Below are positions 1 to 6,800 of a stretch of DNA of 34,968 bases, piece after piece (the first letter of the stretch is position 1; each line of letters begins with the position of its first letter). Position numbers and translations under genes: made by a program. Source of the DNA: Desulfobulbaceae bacterium (GTDB lineage: Bacteria; Desulfobacterota; Desulfobulbia; Desulfobulbales; Desulfocapsaceae); the NCBI GenBank assembly GCA_027067035.1, contig JAMOMO010000276.1:1-34968 (forward strand), given 5' to 3'. The notes beneath the pieces are model-generated. The model was given only the letters and a program-made list of their open reading frames with translations, was not told where the DNA came from and made no database searches.

Positions 1-75
1 AGTCTGATAGCGTCAGAACTGTACAGAGTTAAATTTGAGAAAAGCTCTTATATCTAACTATGAAGGAGAAAGCTA

Positions 76-105
76 TAAAAGACAAAGGATTTTGGCAGAA
101 AATCC
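76..105 (-). terminator. Possible weak intrinsic terminator downstream of the dar operon
   Basis: 7-bp inverted repeat GGATTTT(87-93)/AAAATCC(99-105), followed on the minus strand by TTTGTCTTTT; about 150 nt past the ACP stop. The stem is AT-rich. Confidence 0.3.
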
Positions 106-252
106 GTAAAAAATGATTTTGCTGCTGAAAAACTACGGCTAAACAGGAGGGACGCGCAGTATAAGCTGTTGGCGAAAAAGGATGCATGCAGGGGGGAGAA
201 CGCTTTGGAGCTGTGAACAGACGGGCCTGACGGAAATGCTGCCGGAAGAGGG

Positions 253-522
253 TTATTCAGGCTGAATAAAGTCGGCCAGGGCATCAATGGTTGTCACATG
301 GCGGCGAAATTCCTTGCTGTCCACAAGCCGTGTTCCAAACTGGTGCTGCAGGCCCATGGAGATCTGCAGTGCGTCCAGTGAGTCCAGGCCCAGTGGACTG
401 GCATCAGAGAAGAGCATGATATCATCGGCAAGGGCATCCGGAGTGACATCATCAATGTCACATTCAGTGAGTATCATCTGTTTCAGACGTCGTTTGAGGG
501 CATCGTCAAGTGAACCTTTCAT
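253..522 (-). CDS. Acyl carrier protein (DarC-like), 89 aa
   Basis: Acidic small protein with GLDSLD phosphopantetheine Ser motif; ATG at 522 overlaps the permease stop (ATGA), so the track start at 669 is probably too long. Confidence 0.9.
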   Translation of the reverse strand: MKGSLDDALKRRLKQMILTECDIDDVTPDALADDIMLFSDASPLGLDSLDALQISMGLQHQFGTRLVDSKEFRRHVTTIDALADFIQPE

Positions 523-1712
523 AATCCATTTCCTGTTCTTCTTGCTAAAATCCAAGCTGCAAGGAGGAGCATAAGTCCTCCGAATCCTGCCAGGGCCAGT
601 GATTCCGTCAGTACTGCGCCCGCCCCAAGGCCACGTAAAAATAAATCCAGAAATCCTTCCAGTCCCCATGACATGGGGGAGAGATTGCTGAAAGTCTGCA
701 TCGCTTCCGGCATGAAGAATTTAGGAACCATCACTCCGCCAATTGCACCAAAGAGGATGTTGAGTATCCCGCCGATGGTTGTGGCCTGTTCCACACTGTT
801 CACGGACACTGCTATGAGCATTGATGTCCCAATGGCTGCCAGGCTGAGCCCTGTGGAGACCATAATGATCCCGGTAACAGAGTGTCCCGGCGTCAGTGCG
901 GGAGCACCAAGGAGGGGCACCATAAACATGCCCACTCCGATCATGAGCCAGACCTGGATTTGGTTTATAACCATATATGGAACAATTTTACCCGTAAAAA
1001 GTGCAGGAATGGAGATGTTCATGCCGTTCATGCGCATCAGGGTGTTCTGGCGGTGCTCACTGATAAAAATGGTGGACATGGGGATAATGATGAAAAACAT
1101 CCCGAAGACTATCCAGGAGGGGACACTCTGCTGGGTGGATGTGGGGAATAGACTCTCTTCGAGGCCATTGAACTGCACGGTAATCAGACTGCTCTGATCC
1201 ATCAGTCTGGCATCTGTTCTGGCGGCAATTCCGGGGAGCAGCGGGTCGAGCTCGTGGAGCAGCGTCTTGATACGAAGTTTCATCAGTATGCCGGTGAGCT
1301 CCCCCTTGAAGAGGCGGAGCATGTTCTGCTGTACGTCACTTGCCGCATCAAGTTTGAGTGGAACGGTGGAATCCTCACTGGCCAGGCTGGCTGAAAATCC
1401 GGGAACAATGGTTACGGCAAAGGTGAGATCGTCGTTGAGTGCATCCTGCAGATCTTTTCCGGGCCTGACTGTCTGCCGGTACTCTTTCAGGGTCCTGTTT
1501 TCTCTGAGCAGGCTGGCAATTTCGTGGCTGATTGTGGTCTGGTCCTGATCAATGACAGCATAGCTGACAAAGGCGCGGTCACTGCTGAAGGTGTCTTTCA
1601 GGGCCATGGACATGATAAGGATAAAGATCGACGGCATGATAAAGAGGGCAGCCAGGGCATGTTTGTCCCGCAGAATAAGGAGGAATTCCTTGGTGAGCAT
1701 CGCCCTAAGCAT
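519..1712 (-). CDS. ABC-2 type exporter permease
   Basis: N-terminal KEFLLILRD plus TM helix, large extracytoplasmic loop, C-terminal multi-TM domain (GGVMVP...LSPMSWG); ATG 1712 preceded by GGAGA (alternative start 1724). Confidence 0.9.
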   Translation of the reverse strand: MLRAMLTKEFLLILRDKHALAALFIMPSIFILIMSMALKDTFSSDRAFVSYAVIDQDQTTISHEIASLLRENRTLKEYRQTVRPGKDLQDALNDDLTFAVTIVPGFSASLASEDSTVPLKLDAASDVQQNMLRLFKGELTGILMKLRIKTLLHELDPLLPGIAARTDARLMDQSSLITVQFNGLEESLFPTSTQQSVPSWIVFGMFFIIIPMSTIFISEHRQNTLMRMNGMNISIPALFTGKIVPYMVINQIQVWLMIGVGMFMVPLLGAPALTPGHSVTGIIMVSTGLSLAAIGTSMLIAVSVNSVEQATTIGGILNILFGAIGGVMVPKFFMPEAMQTFSNLSPMSWGLEGFLDLFLRGLGAGAVLTESLALAGFGGLMLLLAAWILARRTGNGL

Positions 1713-2628
1713 CGGCTTCTCCATGGCTGGTCAGATTGATGAAGAGGGACTCCAGTGTCCTTGCACGGTAACGTATCTGCCTGATGCCGATCTGCTCTTC
1801 CTCCAGAAGTGTGAGGAGTTTTGCGATGCCGGCACTGTCCTGTGAGGGGAGCATAAGTCTTTCTTCGTCCAGCAGTCGTAGTTCCGGCATTATCCCGGTG
1901 ATACGGCTGAGTCTTGCCGGGTCCGGATGATAGAGTTCAATGATGACACTGCGGCGGCCTCCCTGCTGGAGCATATCCTGCAGACTGTCCTGACGGATAA
2001 TCCGGCCATGGTGAATGATGGCCACTTCATCACAGATCTTTTCAATCTCCTCCATATAGTGGGAGCTGTAGATCACTGTCTTGTTCTCTTCTCTGAATGA
2101 GCGGATGGTCGTGAGAATGTCGTTGCGGGATTCCGGGTCTATGCCGATGGTGGGTTCGTCGAAGTAGAGGATTTCCGGATTGTTCAGAAGGCCGATGCCG
2201 ATGTTGAGACGCCTCTTTTCCCCCCCGGACAGGGTGGCGGATTTTCTATCAAGGAGGTGCTGGAGACGGTTAACGGAGATGGCATGATCAAGGCTCTGCT
2301 CAAGGGCTGCTCCCCTGATGGACTGAATTCCTGCAAAGAAACGGAGGTTTTCAATCACTGTGAGATTGTCATAGAATGCGAGGGCCTGGGGGATAAAGGC
2401 ACAGCGACTGCGTATTTGCCTGATATTGCCGGCCAGGGACAGGCCGAAGATCTCAATTTCGCCCTCCTGAAATCCGGTGAGGCCGTTTATTATGGAGAGA
2501 AGTGTGGTTTTTCCGGCACCGTTTGGGCCGAGGAGGCCAAAGATGCAGCCGCGGCCGATCTCCATGTTCAGGTGTCGCAAGGCCGGTGTTTCCCCGTAGC
2601 TTTTGCTGAGATTGTGTATGCGGATCAT
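1705..2628 (-). CDS. ABC exporter ATP-binding subunit
   Basis: Walker A GPNGAGKT, signature LSGGE, Walker B YFDEP, H-loop SSH. Confidence 0.95.
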   Translation of the reverse strand: MIRIHNLSKSYGETPALRHLNMEIGRGCIFGLLGPNGAGKTTLLSIINGLTGFQEGEIEIFGLSLAGNIRQIRSRCAFIPQALAFYDNLTVIENLRFFAGIQSIRGAALEQSLDHAISVNRLQHLLDRKSATLSGGEKRRLNIGIGLLNNPEILYFDEPTIGIDPESRNDILTTIRSFREENKTVIYSSHYMEEIEKICDEVAIIHHGRIIRQDSLQDMLQQGGRRSVIIELYHPDPARLSRITGIMPELRLLDEERLMLPSQDSAGIAKLLTLLEEEQIGIRQIRYRARTLESLFINLTSHGEADA

Positions 2629-2631
2629 GGT

Positions 2632-3642
2632 TTACCGGCTGCAGATTCCCAGAAGGTTTTTATATACCCGGGTTTCCGCGTCTGCCACTTCCAGAAGCTT
2701 TTGCTCAAGGGCGGGAAACGGTATGGGACTTTTTTTCCTGCCCCTGATGGCTGTGACGGCAAGCAGGGCGAATTCCCGCCACTGGTCACCGGCTGCAGTC
2801 ATCTGCCGGGAGGCTTTCTCCAGTTCCGCATTGTTGTCGAGGATCGTTGCGGCTTCCTGGAGGAATGAGGCATAGATAAACCGAAAGCCGCCGCCACCGG
2901 TCCCTATCTCTTCCTGCATTCTGACAATATGACCGAGAAAGAGTCGGGCCTCCCGCGGGTCCTTCCCGGAGAGTCTGACGATGGAACGGCTCAGGGCACG
3001 GATACCGCGAACTCCGGCAATGGGAACCGGGGTCTTCAGCATTGCCCTGGCATTTTTACGAATCACTGTGGGCAGGATACGCTGAAAATCAACTGTATCC
3101 GGAATACCACAGGGATAGTAAAGGAGTCCCTTTGGTGCCATCATTCCCTTGACAAAGCGGGCTTTCCGGAGGTCTTTTGCCGGGCAGCGCTGGCTGTTTT
3201 CAAAGACCGGATCGCTTATCAGATAGTCATCACCCTCTTTGCCGAAAACAATAAGATTATGGGCGTTGAAGTGAAAACGCATCTCAGGCGGGAAGTAGGG
3301 CAGCCAGAAAACAGAGCTCTGGGCCCCCACAATATGTCCCTGCTGCAGGAGAGAATCCAGCTTTTTCATGCCTTTTTCCGGACTGGAAAAGCTGTGCATC
3401 TGCATCCTGATGCCCAGATTTTTCTGGAGTCCACGGATGATGCTTTTGGGGCGGGAACGGTAGGCAATGAGGGGCATGCCGCCAAGTTTTATAAAGGGGA
3501 TGTAGGCGAACATCAGGGCTCCGGAAAGTCCGAAAACCATGGCTTCAGAGAGTGGCATACCATGATGGGAGACCATGAGTGACATGACTCCGCTTTCACA
3601 GTGGGCAAAATGTTTATGCTGGAAATCCGTATGTGTCTTCAC
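2632..3642 (-). CDS. BtrH-like / papain-fold (NlpC/P60-like) Cys-His protein, putative acyltransferase
   Basis: HCESG (Cys) and FHFNAHN (His) motifs, C-terminal QEEIGTGGGGFRFIY; probable GTG start at 3642 with GGAG upstream, 4 nt after the previous stop. Confidence 0.75.
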   Translation of the reverse strand: MKTHTDFQHKHFAHCESGVMSLMVSHHGMPLSEAMVFGLSGALMFAYIPFIKLGGMPLIAYRSRPKSIIRGLQKNLGIRMQMHSFSSPEKGMKKLDSLLQQGHIVGAQSSVFWLPYFPPEMRFHFNAHNLIVFGKEGDDYLISDPVFENSQRCPAKDLRKARFVKGMMAPKGLLYYPCGIPDTVDFQRILPTVIRKNARAMLKTPVPIAGVRGIRALSRSIVRLSGKDPREARLFLGHIVRMQEEIGTGGGGFRFIYASFLQEAATILDNNAELEKASRQMTAAGDQWREFALLAVTAIRGRKKSPIPFPALEQKLLEVADAETRVYKNLLGICSR

Positions 3643-3646
3643 GGCT

Positions 3647-4063
3647 TCACTCCAGCTCATCGCTTTGAGGTGGCAGGCTGCAGAGGAGTTCCCGGCTGAT
3701 CCCCAGGGCATCACAGTAGCGTGTAAGTATCTTCCGGGAAAGTTTCCGGAAAACCGCAGGCCTGAAATGGCGTTTTATGCGCCACTTGAACAGTCCTGTG
3801 GATTCCGACAGTACCTGCAGGTCCATGCGACGGTTGTACATATGGAAAAAGAGTGTGGATTTTTCACCCTTTGCAACCCGGGAGTGGGCTTCTCGGGCCA
3901 GGCGTTCAAGCTCCTGCACGGCCTGAAGGGTTGCCTCTTCTTCTATTTCCCATCCACTTGACGGCACAAGGGTGTACTTCCCGGAGGTGTCGGTTGCATA
4001 GATTGCCTTTTTATTGTCGGCATAGGTGGAGATCCTGTCCTGGGGTACCTTGTTCTGCTCCAT
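3647..4063 (-). CDS. Small dar-associated protein with XRE/Cro-like C-terminal helices, 138 aa
   Basis: Abuts darB with no gap; C-terminal half follows the XRE HTH spacing pattern. Confidence 0.75.
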   Translation of the reverse strand: MEQNKVPQDRISTYADNKKAIYATDTSGKYTLVPSSGWEIEEEATLQAVQELERLAREAHSRVAKGEKSTLFFHMYNRRMDLQVLSESTGLFKWRIKRHFRPAVFRKLSRKILTRYCDALGISRELLCSLPPQSDELE

Positions 4064-5212
4064 TCACACCACCGTCAGCTGCATGAATGCCGTGGAGAAT
4101 CTGCCGCTTTCCGGGATATAACAGAGGAGGCGCTCTCCCTTTTTGAGCCTTCCTGAATGGAAGAGCTCTTCGAGGATAATATAGATTGAGGCGGAGCCGG
4201 TGTTGCCTTTTGTCGCCAGATTGCTGAACCATTGTGTCTGGGGAATGTCGCAGCCGGCACGCTGCATCCCTGAGAGCACCTTGTCACGGAAAAATCCGGA
4301 GGAATAGTGGGGGAGAAACCAGTCGATCTTTTCAGGCTGGAGGACACCACTGGTCAGCAGCTCCCGGAGAGGCCGGGTCACTGTATATTCAATGATCTTG
4401 TCGTTGAGCAGTTTGACATCCTGTTTGATGCTGAAGATGGACTCTTCCAGCCACTGCTGCGGCAGGTATTCCCGCCAGCCCCTGAGGCTGCCGTCCTCTC
4501 TCTTTACGGCTCCGGCGTACATGCAGGTTTCAAGCTCTCCTGCATAGGAGAGCTGCCTGATCCAGTCGATGTGGAGGGATATTGTTCCGCTTTTTCTGTT
4601 GGGACTGTTACTCATCCAGACGGCACCCGCACCGTCACTGAGCATCCAGCGCAGAAAATCCTTTTCAAAGGCTATCTCCGGATGCTTCTTCAGCTCCTCA
4701 GTCCTGCCTGCCAGTTCTTCATCGAAGAGCTGGCCACGCATGAGAGAAGAGACATTTTCAGAGCCCGTTGCCACCCCGTTCCGATTCAGTCCAGAGAGAA
4801 TAGCCATATACACGTATTTAAGGGCCATGACCCCTGAGAGACAGATACCCGATGTGGCGATAACTTCGCAGGGCGGCAGACCGAGCTCGCCGTGGACCAT
4901 ACTGGCATGGTTCGGCATGAGCTGATCGGGCAGGGTGGTACCGCAGGCAAGAATCTCTATGTCTTCCCGGATTCTGGCGCTGAGCAGTCGAACGGCTTCT
5001 GCGGCAAGCTGGCTGTTGCTGTGGCTGGCACGCCCTGTTTCGGGGTCAATGGCATAGTAACGGGAGACGATTTTGTTGCTGCGAAGGATCAGTTTGCGTA
5101 CCCGGGAAGGGCGTGCTGCAACCGGTGACAGGAGAGATTCCATGCTGTCATTGTCAACCGGTTCATTTGGCATAAATGCGCTGATATCATTGATGTAGAC
5201 GTTTTGAGACAT
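4064..5212 (-). CDS. darB: DarB/StlD-family beta-ketoacyl-ACP synthase III-like enzyme
   Basis: Cys-His-Asn triad (SGICLSG, LPHYSS, GNTGSAS), family motifs FEKDFLRWMLSDGAGA and PESGRFS; adjacent to darA. Confidence 0.9.
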   Translation of the reverse strand: MSQNVYINDISAFMPNEPVDNDSMESLLSPVAARPSRVRKLILRSNKIVSRYYAIDPETGRASHSNSQLAAEAVRLLSARIREDIEILACGTTLPDQLMPNHASMVHGELGLPPCEVIATSGICLSGVMALKYVYMAILSGLNRNGVATGSENVSSLMRGQLFDEELAGRTEELKKHPEIAFEKDFLRWMLSDGAGAVWMSNSPNRKSGTISLHIDWIRQLSYAGELETCMYAGAVKREDGSLRGWREYLPQQWLEESIFSIKQDVKLLNDKIIEYTVTRPLRELLTSGVLQPEKIDWFLPHYSSGFFRDKVLSGMQRAGCDIPQTQWFSNLATKGNTGSASIYIILEELFHSGRLKKGERLLCYIPESGRFSTAFMQLTVV

Positions 5213-5245
5213 GCGAGTTACGGTCAGCTATCAGTAAAAAATAAT

Positions 5246-6160
5246 TTATTTTCCAGAGGGTTGTTCATAATAGTGAACCGCCCGTGCAAGCGCTTTTCTC
5301 CGAAAGGGCGCGAGCAGCTTTCGAAACAGCATGTTCAACGGTACAACAGTGACAACCAGTGTCAAGAGAAAGGCTGTATAGATGGTGATCACCACATTGC
5401 GTCCCCATGAGCCCTGGGGACCGGCCTTTTTAATCAGCCTGCACCAGATCAGAAAACTGCGGTGGGCAATGTGCTCTGTTGCGATCAGTTTTCCGTTGAC
5501 ATTGACGGCACCCATGTTCTTCAGCAGCGGGAGTGTAGCGCATTCTTCGTCATGCTGCAATGCGTTACAGATACGTTCTCCAAAACGGCCTGCGGAGTCG
5601 ATCTCTTTTTTATCCACTCCGGCGGGAGGGAAGAACCAGAATCCGTCCTTTTTTCCGGTGAGCATCCAGCGCGGAGTGGTGACAAAGGTGTAGAGTGATT
5701 TGCCCTGATCGGTGAAGACAACGTTGTCCAGAAGCCTGGCATCAAGCCCACTGAGCAGGGTCTTCATCTTTTCCTGGGCAATGAGCCACATGTCGCGGCA
5801 GGCGATCACTGTTACCACAGGTGTGTTTTTAAAGAGTGTTTTCGCCTGTTCCGTCTGCAGAAAACCGGTGACCGGAATGGAAGGTGAGAGAAACCAGGAT
5901 GTGTAGCCCAGGATGATGAGATCGTAGTTGTCGTCACATTCGACGGGTTTGACGGGGCAGCCGTCAAGGTAGACAGCCTCCGGAAACACATTGAAAAACT
6001 CGTAAAAGGACCAGGGATAGGGGTAGGGCACTTCAGGGCGGATTTCCAGAAAATCACACTGCAGGCCGTTGCATTCTGCCAGGGGTTCTGCAATCTGTTC
6101 CATGACGGATTGCAGCTGCCCACTCTGGGAATAGGAGATGATGAGTACTTTTTTCGACAT
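5246..6160 (-). CDS. darA: Dialkylresorcinol condensing enzyme/aromatase DarA
   Basis: Flavodoxin-like start VLIISYSQSGQL, YPYPW..F..FPE, WFLSPSIP, ACRDMW..AQE, C-terminal hydrophobic helix; directly upstream of darB. Confidence 0.88.
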   Translation of the reverse strand: MSKKVLIISYSQSGQLQSVMEQIAEPLAECNGLQCDFLEIRPEVPYPYPWSFYEFFNVFPEAVYLDGCPVKPVECDDNYDLIILGYTSWFLSPSIPVTGFLQTEQAKTLFKNTPVVTVIACRDMWLIAQEKMKTLLSGLDARLLDNVVFTDQGKSLYTFVTTPRWMLTGKKDGFWFFPPAGVDKKEIDSAGRFGERICNALQHDEECATLPLLKNMGAVNVNGKLIATEHIAHRSFLIWCRLIKKAGPQGSWGRNVVITIYTAFLLTLVVTVVPLNMLFRKLLAPFRRKALARAVHYYEQPSGK

Positions 6161-6777
6161 CAGGATCGTTTGCGGGCGGTGAGGAGAAAGACAGGATATT
6201 CCCGGCTGTTCTCCTCTTTGACTATGCTGTGGACTGTTCTGTGGCTGATCGCTTCCATGCCGCAGGCCTCAAGAGAGCTTTTCAGCTCTTCCGGGTCAAA
6301 TCCATGGTGATGGATGCCCTCTGCATCAGCCTTGTGAAAGCTGCCGTCTTCTGTGAAGAGATCGGCAATCGCCAGATAGCCGCCGGGAAGAAGGAGTTCT
6401 GCAAATCGCTGCAGCAGAGCCCCGCTATCCCGAATGTGGTGCAGGGTCATGGAGCAGAAGATGAGATTATGCTGCCTGTTGTATTTATCAGCAAGGAGGT
6501 CACAGCAGAGTGTCTCCATATTGGCTATCTTTTCAGCTGCGATTTTCTGCTCAAGAACTTCCAGCATCCCGGAAGAGCTGTCAATGGCAATCAGCTGCCC
6601 CACCAGAGGAGCCACGGCCATGCCTACAAGCCCGGTGCCGCAGCCGTATTCCATTGCACTCATCTCCGTTGAGAGGGGGAGCTCTGCAATGGCACTGCTT
6701 ATTTTTCCGGCCAGCCGGACCCGTCTGGATTTACTGTCCCAGTCTGCCGCTGCCCTGTCGAATCGTTCTGTTCCCAT
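6160..6777 (-). CDS. Class I SAM-dependent methyltransferase
   Basis: Motif I EYGCGTG, IDSSSGML, SMTLHHI, LLPGG; its stop overlaps the darA start (TGATG). Confidence 0.92.
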   Translation of the reverse strand: MGTERFDRAAADWDSKSRRVRLAGKISSAIAELPLSTEMSAMEYGCGTGLVGMAVAPLVGQLIAIDSSSGMLEVLEQKIAAEKIANMETLCCDLLADKYNRQHNLIFCSMTLHHIRDSGALLQRFAELLLPGGYLAIADLFTEDGSFHKADAEGIHHHGFDPEELKSSLEACGMEAISHRTVHSIVKEENSREYPVFLLTARKRS

Positions 6778-6800
6778 GTCTGTTCCTGCTGAGTAGTATT

